Positions 1-9,962 of a DNA stretch of 64,000 nucleotides are shown piece by piece. Source of the DNA: Candidatus Falkowbacteria bacterium (GTDB taxonomy: Bacteria; Patescibacteriota; Patescibacteriia; Patescibacteriales; UBA12465); the NCBI GenBank assembly GCA_037137655.1, contig JBAXJX010000001.1, positions 97,188-161,187 of the forward strand. Reading direction: 5' to 3'. The notes under the pieces were generated by a model that saw only the letters and a list, made by a program, of their open reading frames with translations, did not search any database and was not told the origin of the DNA. Each line of letters begins with the position of its first letter. Position 1 is the first letter of the stretch. A program made the position numbers and the translations under genes.

Positions 1-1
1 T

Positions 2-955
2 GATGGGCCATGTTCTAGTACTAGTGCTTATACTTATAGCCCATCAAGCGATGGCAATTCTTATACAATTGCTTATTGCCTTGGTGGCAATGTTAGTGCT
101 CTTACTCCCGGAAAACATTGTGCGACACCGGCTGGAATTAGTGATGGAAGTGGTTGCGGAACCCCTGCTGGTGATAGTTTTTCTTGCCCTGGTATTCCGG
201 TGGTGCAGTATGAGGGCGGTCCATATGATGCTAGCGGCTTAGCAACAACTACTCCTGGCGCAAACACTTATTATCGGACGGTTAAAATCGGTGATCAGTG
301 TTGGTTGAGGGATAATTTAAATGTTGGGACTATGATCAGTCGTGGTAATTCTGCGGCTACTGGCTGTGTTAATGTTTGGGGTGCTAATGATTGGTCGTGC
401 CAAGTAAATGATAACTTGGTGGAAAAATATTGTTATAATAATGATATTAATAACTGTGTTACTAACGGTGGTTTGTATGAATGGTCGGAAGCTATGGGTT
501 TTTCTTACCAATGTAATGGAAGAGCGACATTTACTGATGGTGTTAGTGATTGTGGCACTGCACAGACATATACCATTGCAGCTAAACATCAAGGCATATG
601 TCCTGCTGGTTGGCATATTTCAAGTGATTCCGAACAAAGCGCTTTAGAACAGTTTTTAACTGACTCTGGTAATAGTTGTGATGCAAATAGAATTGGCTTC
701 GGTTGTCTTGGTGCTGGAACTAAATTAAAGGTTGGCGGATCATCGCATTTTTCATCTTATTTTGCTGGTTATGTGGGCATGGATGGCGTTTTTTACGATA
801 TTGGGTATCGTTTATTTTTTTGGTCAACATTGCCAATTCCCAATAATCAGCAGCTCCATTCTTGGTGGCGTGTATTAGATGTTGGTAATGGTGGCGTGGA
901 ACACGGATGGACGTATAAAACAAATGGATATTCCGTCCGTTGTGTAAAAGATTAA
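2..955 (+). CDS. Type IV pilin-like protein with C-terminal FISUMP-type domain, 5'-truncated by window edge
   Basis: Frame 2 is open from base 2 and is continuous with the 200..955 ORF. The translation [29 protein letters not shown]...[11 protein letters not shown] matches the pilin-head region of the full-length paralogs at 48224 and 60293. The C-terminal part has the pattern KIGDQCWLRDNLNVG...LYEWSEAM...GICPAGWHISSDSE...GYSVRCVKD. Confidence 0.8.
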   Translation, partial: DGPCSSTSAYTYSPSSDGNSYTIAYCLGGNVSALTPGKHCATPAGISDGSGCGTPAGDSFSCPGIPVVQYEGGPYDASGLATTTPGANTYYRTVKIGDQCWLRDNLNVGTMISRGNSAATGCVNVWGANDWSCQVNDNLVEKYCYNNDINNCVTNGGLYEWSEAMGFSYQCNGRATFTDGVSDCGTAQTYTIAAKHQGICPAGWHISSDSEQSALEQFLTDSGNSCDANRIGFGCLGAGTKLKVGGSSHFSSYFAGYVGMDGVFYDIGYRLFFWSTLPIPNNQQLHSWWRVLDVGNGGVEHGWTYKTNGYSVRCVKD

Positions 956-978
956 TTTCATCAAAACTAAACCTCTAA

Positions 979-1005
979 TTAGCACTCTCTTGACAAGAGT
1001 GCTAA
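979..1005 (+). promoter_or_regulatory. CIRCE operator (HrcA binding site)
   Basis: TTAGCACTC-tcttgacaa-GAGTGCTAA is a perfect match to the CIRCE consensus TTAGCACTC-N9-GAGTGCTAA. It lies 35 bp upstream of hrcA. Confidence 0.9.
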
Positions 1006-1019
1006 TTTTTTTGTATAAT
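990..1019 (+). promoter_or_regulatory. Sigma-70-type promoter of the hrcA-grpE-dnaK-dnaJ operon
   Basis: TTGACA (990-995) sits inside the CIRCE spacer. It is followed by an 18 nt spacer and TATAAT (1014-1019). Confidence 0.7.
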
Positions 1020-1039
1020 AAGGCTGTAATAAAATCATT

Positions 1040-1732
1040 ATGATTTCCGACCGAAAAAGATTAATTTTAAAGACAATTATTAAGGAATACACTAAAACGG
1101 CCCAAGCGATTAGTTCTGGTCTTTTGGTGGAAAAATATAATTTAGGTATTTCGACGGCGACCGTCCGAAATGAAATGATGGAGCTGGAAGATGATGGCTA
1201 TATTTTTCAACCGCACACTTCGGCTGGCCGCATCCCAACGGAATTGGCTTACGCTTTATGTGTCGCCGAATTTATTGATGAGAAGAAAGTTAGTAAAGGC
1301 GCAGATGATTATGCCAAAATTTTAGATAAAGTTTTTGCGAAAGAGGAAGATGCTTTTAAACAAACAGCCAAAGCCATTGCTGAATTATCAGGCAATGCGG
1401 TATTCTGGGCTTTTCATAAAAACAATTTGTATTACACGGGTATTTCTAATTTGTTTGCCCAAGAAGAATTTAAACAATTAAATATGATCCATGATGCTTC
1501 GGGCGTAATTGATCGCTTGGACGAAATTATTGATCAGATTTTTAATGACTTGGTTTTGGGGCGCCAAATTTATATCGGCTCTAGTAATCCATTTGGAAAT
1601 TTTCTAAGTACAATTTTGCTTAAGTATAATTATAAAAATCAATCCGGCGTTTTTGGAATTTTAGGTCCAATGCGCATGGATTATGAAAAAAACTTGGCAC
1701 TAATTGAATATATAAAAAATAAATTTAAATAA
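1040..1732 (+). CDS. hrcA: Heat-inducible transcription repressor HrcA (short, 230 aa)
   Basis: N-terminal wHTH region LILKTIIKEYTKTAQAISSGLLVEKYNLGISTATVRNEMMELEDDGYIFQPHTSAGRIPT. CIRCE lies upstream and grpE-dnaK-dnaJ lie downstream. Confidence 0.85.
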   Translation: MISDRKRLILKTIIKEYTKTAQAISSGLLVEKYNLGISTATVRNEMMELEDDGYIFQPHTSAGRIPTELAYALCVAEFIDEKKVSKGADDYAKILDKVFAKEEDAFKQTAKAIAELSGNAVFWAFHKNNLYYTGISNLFAQEEFKQLNMIHDASGVIDRLDEIIDQIFNDLVLGRQIYIGSSNPFGNFLSTILLKYNYKNQSGVFGILGPMRMDYEKNLALIEYIKNKFK

Positions 1733-1739
1733 AAAAACT

Positions 1740-2366
1740 ATGAATGACAACAAAGACTTAAAAGACAAAGAGGCTCATAATCATGACCATGAATGTTGCG
1801 GTGGTAACTCTTGTGGAGGCGACTGCGAATGTGATGGTGATGAGGAATGTGGTGGTGGTTGTTGCGATGACAAACATTGCGGTAGTGACCACAAACCAGA
1901 AAATGATGGTATTTGTGATGATGCTTGTTTTTGTGGCACTGATAATGATGCTATTGCCGACATCGATCATGACAGTTATGAAGCCAAATATTTACGCGCT
2001 TTAGCTGATTACCATAATTTATTAAAGAGAACTGTCCAAGAAAAACAAGAATTTTTTCAATACGCTACCACTAATTTTTTACAAGACATGTTGCCAATTT
2101 ATGACAACTTAAAATTATCGGTATCAAATTTAAGTGAGGATGATGCCAAAAGTCCGTGGGTGGAAGGCGTGAAGCATGTTATTAAACAATTCAAAGAATC
2201 GTTGGTAGCATTGGGGGTTGCTGAAATAAATACTGTCGGAGAAAAATTTGATCATAATACCATGGAAGCTTTAGAAGGCAGCGGGGAAATGGTTAAGAAA
2301 GAAGTTAAGGCAGGTTACACTTTAAATGGTAAAGTGATTGTACCGGCCAAGGTAATCGTTGAATAA
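1740..2366 (+). CDS. grpE: Nucleotide exchange factor GrpE with Cys/His/Asp-rich N-terminal extension
   Basis: The C-terminal two thirds are GrpE-like (YLRALADYHNLLKRT...FDHNTMEAL...GYTLNGKVIVPAKV). The gene sits between hrcA and dnaK. Confidence 0.9.
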   Translation: MNDNKDLKDKEAHNHDHECCGGNSCGGDCECDGDEECGGGCCDDKHCGSDHKPENDGICDDACFCGTDNDAIADIDHDSYEAKYLRALADYHNLLKRTVQEKQEFFQYATTNFLQDMLPIYDNLKLSVSNLSEDDAKSPWVEGVKHVIKQFKESLVALGVAEINTVGEKFDHNTMEALEGSGEMVKKEVKAGYTLNGKVIVPAKVIVE

Positions 2367-2408
2367 AATTTACTTTATAAAAATTTATATATAATTAAAA
2401 ACAAAAAT

Positions 2409-4298
2409 ATGGGAAAAATTTTAGGAATTGATTTGGGTACCACCAATTCAGCCATGGCAATCATGGAAGGTGGTCAACCAAAAATTATTGAAAATATTGA
2501 AGGTAATCGCACTACACCATCAATCGAAGCTATCTCTAAGAATGGCGAAAGATTGGTTGGTATGTCAGCGAAACGTCAAGCCGTGATTAATCCGGAAAAT
2601 ACTGTTTATGCCGTGAAACGTTTAATCGGTCGTCATTTTAGTGATACCGAAGTTAGTCGCGACGTGGAAACTATGCCTTATAAAATCGTGCAATCTGGTG
2701 AAGGCGTAAAAGTTAAAATGGGAGATGGTGAATATTCACCGCAAGAAATTTCGGCGATGATTTTGTCTAAAATGAAAGCGGACGCCGAAGCTAAATTAGG
2801 TGAAAAAATTACGGACGCTATTATTACAGTGCCAGCTTACTTTGATGATGCCCAACGCCAAGCAACTAAAGATGCTGGTCAAATTGCCGGTCTTAATGTT
2901 ATGCGTATTATTAATGAGCCAACTGCCGCGGCCTTAGCTTATGGCTTTGATAAAAAACAAGGTCAAAAAATCGTCGTGTACGATTTAGGTGGTGGTACTT
3001 TTGATGTGTCTGTTTTGGATATTTCAGCTGATACCGTCGAAGTAAAAGCGACTAACGGTGATACTCATTTGGGTGGTGAAGATTTTGATAAGAGAATTAT
3101 TGATTGGATTATTGAAGAATTTAAAAAGGATCAAGGTATTGATTTGTCGAAAGACACTTTAGCTTTGCAACGCATTAAAGAGTCAGCGGAAAAAGCGAAG
3201 ATTGAATTATCAACAGCGACTGAAACTGAAATTAATCAACCATTTATTACAACTGATCAAAACGGTCCAAAACATTTGGTGATGAAAATTTCTCGCGCTA
3301 AATTAGAAGCTTTAGTATCTGATTTAGTTGATCGTACTATGGAACCTTGTAAAAAAGCTTTAGCTGATTCTGGTTTCTCTTTAGCTGATATTAATGAAGT
3401 GGTGATGGTTGGTGGTATGACTCGTATGCCAATGGTACTTCAAAAAGTGAAAGAATTTTTTGGCAAAGAACCAAATCTTTCAGTTAATCCAGATGAAGTT
3501 GTAGCTTTAGGCGCAGCGGTGCAAGCTGGTGTGTTACAAGGCGACGTGAAAGACGTTTTACTTTTAGACGTGACTCCATTAACTTTAGGTATTGAAACTT
3601 TGGGTTCTGTTGCAACCCCACTTATTGATCGCAATACAACTATTCCAACTTCGAAAGCTCAAGTTTTCTCGACGGCGGCTGATGGTCAAACTAGTGTGGA
3701 GATTCACATCGTACAAGGTGAACGCCCAATGGCCTCTGACAATAAAACTTTAGGTCGTTTCATTTTAGACGGAATCCCAAGTGCACCTCGTGGTGTTCCA
3801 CAAGTGGAAGTTAAATTTGATATTGATGCTAATGGTATTTTAAATGTGAGTGCGACCGATAAGGCGACTAACAAACAACAAAAAATTACTATCACTGCAT
3901 CTTCTGGTTTATCAAAAGAAGAAATCGAAAAAATGAAAAAGGATGCAGAGTTGCATGCCGATGAAGATAAAAAACGTAAAGAAAATATTGATATTAAAAA
4001 CCAAGCTGATGGCGTGGTATTTACAACCGAAAAAATGTTAAAAGAGTCGGGTGATAAAATGCCAGCTGATGACAAAAAAGCCTTGGAAGAAAAAGTGGAA
4101 GAATTAAAGAAAATTAAAGACGGCGAACAATACGAAGACATGAAAAAGAAAATGGATGAATTAAATGAAATCGCCCAAAAGATTGGTGCCGCTATGTACC
4201 AACAACCACAAGGTGGTGCGGAACAAGCTGCTCCGGAAGCTGGCGCGGAAGAAGCGAAGAAAGATGAAAATGTTGTGGAAGGTGAAGTTGAAAAATAA
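2409..4298 (+). CDS. dnaK: Chaperone DnaK (Hsp70)
   Basis: [17 protein letters not shown] and VGGMTRMP motifs. 629 aa. Confidence 0.98.
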   Translation: MGKILGIDLGTTNSAMAIMEGGQPKIIENIEGNRTTPSIEAISKNGERLVGMSAKRQAVINPENTVYAVKRLIGRHFSDTEVSRDVETMPYKIVQSGEGVKVKMGDGEYSPQEISAMILSKMKADAEAKLGEKITDAIITVPAYFDDAQRQATKDAGQIAGLNVMRIINEPTAAALAYGFDKKQGQKIVVYDLGGGTFDVSVLDISADTVEVKATNGDTHLGGEDFDKRIIDWIIEEFKKDQGIDLSKDTLALQRIKESAEKAKIELSTATETEINQPFITTDQNGPKHLVMKISRAKLEALVSDLVDRTMEPCKKALADSGFSLADINEVVMVGGMTRMPMVLQKVKEFFGKEPNLSVNPDEVVALGAAVQAGVLQGDVKDVLLLDVTPLTLGIETLGSVATPLIDRNTTIPTSKAQVFSTAADGQTSVEIHIVQGERPMASDNKTLGRFILDGIPSAPRGVPQVEVKFDIDANGILNVSATDKATNKQQKITITASSGLSKEEIEKMKKDAELHADEDKKRKENIDIKNQADGVVFTTEKMLKESGDKMPADDKKALEEKVEELKKIKDGEQYEDMKKKMDELNEIAQKIGAAMYQQPQGGAEQAAPEAGAEEAKKDENVVEGEVEK

Positions 4299-4306
4299 TT
4301 TAAATT

Positions 4307-5392
4307 ATGTCAAAAGACTACTACGAAATATTAGGCGTTCCTAAAACTGCCACGGCTGATGAAATTAAAACTGCGTTTCGCAAAAAAGCGCACGAATATC
4401 ATCCGGATAAAAAAGGTGGCGATGAAGCTAAGTTTAAAGAGGCTAATGAAGCTCATCAGGTTTTAGGTAACGAACAAAAGCGCAAGCAATACGATCAATT
4501 TGGCTCTTCATTCCAAAATGGTCAGGCTGGCGGCGGCCAAGGCTATGGTGGCTTTGGCGGCGGTTTCAACGGAAATATTAACATGGATGATTTAGGTGAT
4601 ATTTTCGGTGGCATGGGCATGGGCGACATCTTTGGCTTTGGCGGCGGTTCACGTTCGTCAGGTAATCGTCGGACTCGCGGTGAAGACTTGGAGATGATTA
4701 TGAATGTTGATTTCATGGATTCCATTTTTGGAGCCGAGAAAGAAATTTCCCACCGTCGCGTTTTAACTTGTGATAAGTGTAAAGGTGAAGGTGGGGAACC
4801 GGGTGCTAAAGTGGAAACTTGTAAAACTTGTAACGGTCGTGGTCGCGTCATGAAAGTGCAGCGAACAATTTTAGGTAACATGCAAATGGAAGCGGCTTGC
4901 TCTGATTGTGCTGGTGAAGGTAAAATCTTTTCCAAAAAATGTTCCAAGTGCGCTGGCGATGGTATCGTTCGCGATCAAGTTAAAATTAAAGTTAAAATTC
5001 CAGCTGGCATCGATAATGGCGAAACAATTCGTTTAACTGGTCATGGTGACGCGGGACGAAAAGGCGCGGGTAGCGGTGATTTATTTTTACACATTAAAGT
5101 CGCACCAAGCAAGAAATTTGCCCGTGATGGCTATGATATTCGGACCGTGGAAGAAATAAATATTAAACAAGCGATCTTGGGAGATAAAATTGAAGTGGAA
5201 ACGGTTGATGGTCCACTCAAATTAAAAATTCCCGCCGGCACCCAATCGGGCACGGTCTTTCGCTTAAAAGAAAATGGTGTTCCAGAATTACATGGTCGGG
5301 GTCGTGGTGATCATTTAGTGGAAGTAATTGTAAATACACCAAAAAATTTGAGCAAAAAAGATCAGAAGTTAATTGAAGATTTGAGTTTATAA
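4307..5392 (+). CDS. dnaJ: Co-chaperone DnaJ
   Basis: J-domain with HPD (YHPDKK), a G/F-rich linker and four CxxCxGxG zinc-finger repeats. Confidence 0.97.
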   Translation: MSKDYYEILGVPKTATADEIKTAFRKKAHEYHPDKKGGDEAKFKEANEAHQVLGNEQKRKQYDQFGSSFQNGQAGGGQGYGGFGGGFNGNINMDDLGDIFGGMGMGDIFGFGGGSRSSGNRRTRGEDLEMIMNVDFMDSIFGAEKEISHRRVLTCDKCKGEGGEPGAKVETCKTCNGRGRVMKVQRTILGNMQMEAACSDCAGEGKIFSKKCSKCAGDGIVRDQVKIKVKIPAGIDNGETIRLTGHGDAGRKGAGSGDLFLHIKVAPSKKFARDGYDIRTVEEINIKQAILGDKIEVETVDGPLKLKIPAGTQSGTVFRLKENGVPELHGRGRGDHLVEVIVNTPKNLSKKDQKLIEDLSL

Positions 5393-5406
5393 TAAGGAAT
5401 ATAGCG

Positions 5407-5437
5407 AAAAACCCGGGGTTATACCTCGGGTTTTTTG
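5407..5437 (+). terminator. Rho-independent terminator after dnaJ
   Basis: aaaaCCCGGGG-ttata-CCTCGGGtttttt forms a stem plus T-run. Confidence 0.8.
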
Positions 5438-5517
5438 TTGTTGACATTGGTTAACGGTAGTTGTAATCTATTTTTAGATATTTAACAATTGTTTAATTAT
5501 AAAAATAGGAGGTAAAA

Positions 5518-5766
5518 ATGGGTGCTAATAACAGTCCTGAACCAACAGTACGTTATCAAACCTGGCAAGAAGCTTCAGAGGCTGTGCAGGAATTGGTAAT
5601 TGAAAGTCCAGTTGAATACAAGGAAAGGCGCAAAGAAAATTCACGACTACCGATGCGACCCAAAATTTATTACAAAGACTATCCTGGCGATGAAACATTT
5701 TTTGGTTGCGAACAAGACCAAGAACTCACGCCAGTTAAAAAAACAAAAAAAACTAAAAAGGCATAA
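5518..5766 (+). CDS. Small hypothetical protein with Lys-rich tail (82 aa)
   Basis: Strong SD AGGAGG 8 nt upstream, which is rare in this window. It has its own TTGACA box at 5441 and a terminator downstream. The segment LPMRPKIYYKDYPGDETFFG loosely resembles the short W/Y-G repeat motif seen in some phage or integrase-associated proteins, but this is not verified. Confidence 0.6.
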   Translation: MGANNSPEPTVRYQTWQEASEAVQELVIESPVEYKERRKENSRLPMRPKIYYKDYPGDETFFGCEQDQELTPVKKTKKTKKA

Positions 5767-5782
5767 AAAGCCGGCAAAAGTA

Positions 5783-5812
5783 AAAGGCACTTTAATTCAA
5801 AGTGCTTTTTTT
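5783..5812 (+). terminator. Rho-independent terminator
   Basis: GCACTTT-aattc-AAAGTGC followed by a T7 run. Confidence 0.7.
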
Positions 5813-5853
5813 ATTTGTCGGAGTTTGGTATGATTAGTAGGTAATAAAAAACT

Positions 5854-6711
5854 ATGTCTTCAAAATTTAAATACATCGACACGCATTGTCATCTTAACTT
5901 TAAAGAGTTTAAAGATGATGCTGATGAAGTTATTGCTAATTCACTCGCCGCCGACACGGCGCTGATTTTGGTTAGTTCGGAAATTAAAACGAGCGAGCGA
6001 GCGGTGGCTTATGCCGATAAATATGCCGACGGAGTTTACGCGGCGATTGGCTTACATCCAATTCACTTGGAAAATATTTTAGCTGAAAATCATAACGTAG
6101 ATGGTGATTATAAATTTGAAACACGGGCCGAAGAATTTGATTATCAAGCTTATTATGATTTGGCGAAGGGAAATAAAAAAGTCGTGGCGATTGGTGAAAT
6201 TGGTTTGGATTATTTTCATATTGATAAAAGTTTAGATGTAGTTGTGACCAAGACCAAGCAAATTAAAGTTTTCAAAGACCAATTAATTTTGGCGCATAAT
6301 TTAGATTTGCCGGTAATCATTCATTGCCGCGATGCCCATGAAGATTTATTGCCGCTACTCACTGAGTTTAAAGCTGAATACCAAAAAGGCGAAAATTGGG
6401 GTGTGATTCATTGTTTTTCGGGTGATTTAGTTTTGGCAGAAAAATATCGCGCCTTAGGTTTAATGATTTCTTTCACCGGCTTAATAACTTTTGCGAAAAA
6501 CTGGGACGATGTCATTCGTAATTTCCCAATGGAAAATATGATGATTGAAACCGACTCTCCCTACATGGCTCCAATTCCATTTCGCGGGACACGCAATGAG
6601 CCAAAAAATGTGAGGGAGGTAGCACGCCGGATGGGTATGCTAAAAAGTTTAAGTATGGAAGATGTGGGTGCGATTACTTATAAGAATGCGCAGAGGATTT
6701 TTAAAATATAA
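5854..6711 (+). CDS. TatD-family metal-dependent hydrolase/DNase
   Basis: YIDTHCHLNF start motif, GEIGLDY, VIIHCRDA and ETDSPYMAP. Confidence 0.9.
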   Translation: MSSKFKYIDTHCHLNFKEFKDDADEVIANSLAADTALILVSSEIKTSERAVAYADKYADGVYAAIGLHPIHLENILAENHNVDGDYKFETRAEEFDYQAYYDLAKGNKKVVAIGEIGLDYFHIDKSLDVVVTKTKQIKVFKDQLILAHNLDLPVIIHCRDAHEDLLPLLTEFKAEYQKGENWGVIHCFSGDLVLAEKYRALGLMISFTGLITFAKNWDDVIRNFPMENMMIETDSPYMAPIPFRGTRNEPKNVREVARRMGMLKSLSMEDVGAITYKNAQRIFKI

Positions 6712-6714
6712 TTT

Positions 6715-8436
6715 ATGAAAAATAAACGCGGCTTCACTCTAATTGAATTATTAGTCGTGATCGCCATCATCGGTATCTTGGCGACAATTGCAGTGGTCGC
6801 TTTGCAAAACGCTCGAGCCAAAGCGCGGGATGCTCGGCGGATTGCTGATGTGAAACAAATGCAAACAGCGTTGGAATTATTTTTCAACGACAAACAGCGT
6901 TATCCTACTATAGATGAATTTGCGGCCGGATCAATTTATTCTACTTCAACTTTAGGCACGACAACGTACATGGCCATCATCCCAACTCCGCCAACTCCAG
7001 CGGATGGTGCTTGTAACGCTAGTCAAAATAATTTTGTTTATAAAAATTCCAGCGATGGAAATTCGTATACTATTTCCTATTGCGTTGGTGGTCCGGTGGG
7101 CACATTAAGCTCTGGCGCTAATTGTGCAACGCCAGCGGGAATAAATAGTGGCGCTAATTGTGCTGCTTCCGGTGGTATTATTGCCGGTTGTAGTTCTAGC
7201 TCCTGGACACCAGATTTAAATTCAGCTTGTAGTGGACAAGTAATTACGCAAACTAGCAATTGTGGTTTAACACGACAAATTACAGCTACCGGCTCCGACA
7301 CCTCATGGACGCCAGCGCTTGGCACGGTTTGTAATGGCCAATCTTTTGCACAAAATGGTAATTGCGGTGGCACCCAAACAAGTCTTGGTTCTATGACCTG
7401 TTCTACGGGCCAAGTTTGTGTGAGTGGTACTTGCCAAGCCAGCCAATATACTCTAACTTACTCCGCCGGCACTGGCGGTGTTATTTCTGGAACATCACCG
7501 CAAACTGTAAATTATGGTGCTAGTGGCGCCCAAGTAACGGCCACACCAAATTCTGGTTATAGTTTTAGTTCTTGGAGTGATAATGGTTCTACTTTGGCCG
7601 CTAGAACCGATTCTAATGTGACAGCTAATATTAATGCCACTGCTAGTTTTGTTTGCGCTCCAAGTTGTAGTGGACGTAATTGTGGTAATGATGGTTGCGG
7701 CGGAGTTTGTGGCACTTGCGCCGGTAATTCGGTTTGCAACACTAGCCAAGTTTGTATTGATCCAATTGTTGTTAGTGGTTTAAAATTGTGGTTGCCATTG
7801 GCTAATGAAGTGGTGGATTATTCGAGTTCTCATGTTCCAATGACAAAACTGGCCGGTGTTACTTATGTACCTGGCAGAAAAGGTGTGGCCAGTTCCAGCG
7901 TTTATTTTGCGGGGACAAATTCAAGTTCCAATATTTATTCCACAGCCGCTCTAAGTATGTCGAGCGACAAAGTTGCAATGTCATTTTGGATAAATAGTAA
8001 GTGCACGGTTGGCGGTGAGTTAATCGAATATTCTTCAAACTTTAATGTGAATAATGCTTGGTATGTAGGTTTGACTGATTATTCTTTGGGCGCCGTTTCA
8101 TTTAATGATGCGGTTGGAAACAATACTTATAACTTAAGAGCAATATCTTCAAACTTAAATAACAATTGGCACCATATCGTGATTAATGCTGATCGTAGTC
8201 AAAGCGCCGCTGGCGAGGCCGCAATTTATGTTGATAATGTTTTAACATCTACAGTTCAAGGTGTTGGTGGCAGTTCATACGGAATGGATTTTAGTGGTAA
8301 CTGGGGAAATTACGTTATTTCGCTGGGAGCTAGAATTGGTGCTTCATCATATTTGTATAAAGGAAATTTACAAGACTTAAGAATCTATAATAGATTGTTG
8401 ACCACGAGTGAAATTAGCCTTTTATTTAATGAATAG
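6715..8436 (+). CDS. Type IV pilin-like protein with Cys-rich repeats, InlB-B-repeat-like segment and C-terminal LamG/concanavalin-like domain (573 aa)
   Basis: Prepilin signal MKNKRG|[17 protein letters not shown]. The first roughly 145 aa form a pilin head shared with the paralogs. [15 protein letters not shown]...[12 protein letters not shown] is a B-repeat-like segment. [13 protein letters not shown] motif present. The C-terminus LKLWLPL...[19 protein letters not shown] is typical of Laminin_G_3-type domains. Confidence 0.85.
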   Translation: MKNKRGFTLIELLVVIAIIGILATIAVVALQNARAKARDARRIADVKQMQTALELFFNDKQRYPTIDEFAAGSIYSTSTLGTTTYMAIIPTPPTPADGACNASQNNFVYKNSSDGNSYTISYCVGGPVGTLSSGANCATPAGINSGANCAASGGIIAGCSSSSWTPDLNSACSGQVITQTSNCGLTRQITATGSDTSWTPALGTVCNGQSFAQNGNCGGTQTSLGSMTCSTGQVCVSGTCQASQYTLTYSAGTGGVISGTSPQTVNYGASGAQVTATPNSGYSFSSWSDNGSTLAARTDSNVTANINATASFVCAPSCSGRNCGNDGCGGVCGTCAGNSVCNTSQVCIDPIVVSGLKLWLPLANEVVDYSSSHVPMTKLAGVTYVPGRKGVASSSVYFAGTNSSSNIYSTAALSMSSDKVAMSFWINSKCTVGGELIEYSSNFNVNNAWYVGLTDYSLGAVSFNDAVGNNTYNLRAISSNLNNNWHHIVINADRSQSAAGEAAIYVDNVLTSTVQGVGGSSYGMDFSGNWGNYVISLGARIGASSYLYKGNLQDLRIYNRLLTTSEISLLFNE

Positions 8437-8447
8437 TTTAATTTTTC

Positions 8448-8474
8448 AAAAAGCGCCATATCGGCGCTTTTTTT
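8448..8474 (+). terminator. Rho-independent terminator
   Basis: aaaaaGCGCC-atatc-GGCGCttttttt. Confidence 0.8.
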
Positions 8475-8498
8475 GTATGTTTTCCCCTGAAATCACCC

Positions 8499-8528
8499 TT
8501 GACTTTTGCCTGGCATCGGCACTATAAT
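8499..8528 (+). promoter_or_regulatory. Sigma-70-type promoter of the ATP synthase operon
   Basis: TTGACT (8499-8504), 18 nt spacer, TATAAT (8523-8528). Confidence 0.7.
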
Positions 8529-8591
8529 TAGAGGTGGAAAAGAGATGTTAAATACAGGGGCCGTTTTAGCTCTTGGTTTATTTTTTTAAAA

Positions 8592-8855
8592 ATGCCTGAA
8601 AAAGACCAAAAAAGTAAAAATGTTGATTTCGTGGAGCCATTAAAAATAGCCACACGTCTTTCAGCTTGGATTGGCTTTCCGGTGGTGATTGGATATTTAA
8701 TTGGATCCTATTTGGATCGTAAATATAACAGCTCACCAAAATGGTTTTTGATTGTTATTGGAATTTCATTTTTTATTTCCATGTTTGGTTTAGTGCGAAG
8801 CGCTTTGGCGGAGTATAAAAAGATTTCACTAGAGGTAAAAGATAAAAAAGATTAA
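8592..8855 (+). CDS. AtpZ/AtpI-like small membrane protein of F-ATPase operons
   Basis: 87 aa with two TM helices. It is the first gene of the atp operon. The pattern WIGFPVVIGYLIGSYLDRKY fits this family. Confidence 0.7.
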   Translation: MPEKDQKSKNVDFVEPLKIATRLSAWIGFPVVIGYLIGSYLDRKYNSSPKWFLIVIGISFFISMFGLVRSALAEYKKISLEVKDKKD

Positions 8856-8857
8856 TT

Positions 8858-9691
8858 ATGTCACAAAATATAGAACAAGCTAATATTGAACCATTACACG
8901 AAAACACGTTATTTGCCGAACCAATTTGGCATGTGGCCGGTTTTCCAATTACCAATTCCTTGCTTAATTCTTGGATTGTTTTGGCCTTGGTTATTGTTTT
9001 AGCAATTTCACTTCGCGGCAAAATTAAAAGTGTACCGACAAAAATTCAAACCGTGTTAGAAGTAGTGATGGAATGGTTCTTGGATATTTTTGACGCTGTG
9101 ACTCATAGTCATAAGAAATCATTACAGTTTTTACCTTTTGTCTTAACTTTTTTCTTTTTTATATTATTGAATAATTGGTTGGGTTTATTGCCGGGTGTCG
9201 GCTCTATTGGCCAAGTGGTCATGCAAAACGGGGAAAAGGTTTTTGTGCCATTTTTACGTGGTGCGACCGCGGATTTGAATACGACATTAGCCCTGGCTAC
9301 AATCGGTGTGGTGGCTAGTCATATTTTTGGTGTCATGGCGATTGGGGCTTGGAATTATCTTAATAAGTTTGTAAATATTAAGGCTTTTTTGGAAATCCCG
9401 AAAAAAATTATGAAAGATCCAGCAATCATTTTGATTAATCCAATTAAAGCTTTCGTGGGTTTAATTGAATTGGTAGGTGAATTGGCCAAAGTAGCTAGTT
9501 TATCTTTCCGTCTTTTTGGTAATATTTTTGCCGGCGAAGTGTTGCTCGCGGCCATGTCCGCAATTTGTGCTTTTGGTTTGCCACTGCCATTTATGTTTCT
9601 GGAAGTTATTGTCGGCTTGATTCAAGCCCTGATCTTTGCTATTTTAATTTTGATATATTTGTCTATTAGCACTAGTGCTGAGGAACATTAA
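8858..9691 (+). CDS. atpB: F0 ATP synthase subunit a
   Basis: Polytopic protein. The motif LSFRLFGNIFAGE contains the conserved Arg of subunit a. Confidence 0.95.
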   Translation: MSQNIEQANIEPLHENTLFAEPIWHVAGFPITNSLLNSWIVLALVIVLAISLRGKIKSVPTKIQTVLEVVMEWFLDIFDAVTHSHKKSLQFLPFVLTFFFFILLNNWLGLLPGVGSIGQVVMQNGEKVFVPFLRGATADLNTTLALATIGVVASHIFGVMAIGAWNYLNKFVNIKAFLEIPKKIMKDPAIILINPIKAFVGLIELVGELAKVASLSFRLFGNIFAGEVLLAAMSAICAFGLPLPFMFLEVIVGLIQALIFAILILIYLSISTSAEEH

Positions 9692-9718
9692 TTTTAAAAT
9701 TTTTAAATTTAAATATAA

Positions 9719-9949
<231 letters not shown>

Positions 9950-9962
9950 TAATTTGACGAAT

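Noticed and set aside
3704-4141. Antisense and shadow ORFs in the track. Examples: 3704-4141(-), 4543-4947(-), 7077-7373(-), 11562-11870(-), 24885-25199(-), 25242-25586(-), 28193-28555(-), 29249-29686(-), 33978-34304(-), 34926-35252(-), 59479-60045(-). Many 60-110 aa same-strand alternative-frame ORFs also fall in this group.
   Set aside because: Each lies entirely inside a strongly supported, motif-bearing gene on the other strand or frame. Their translations are low-complexity (S/P/L/I/F-rich), and they have no start context, promoter or terminator.
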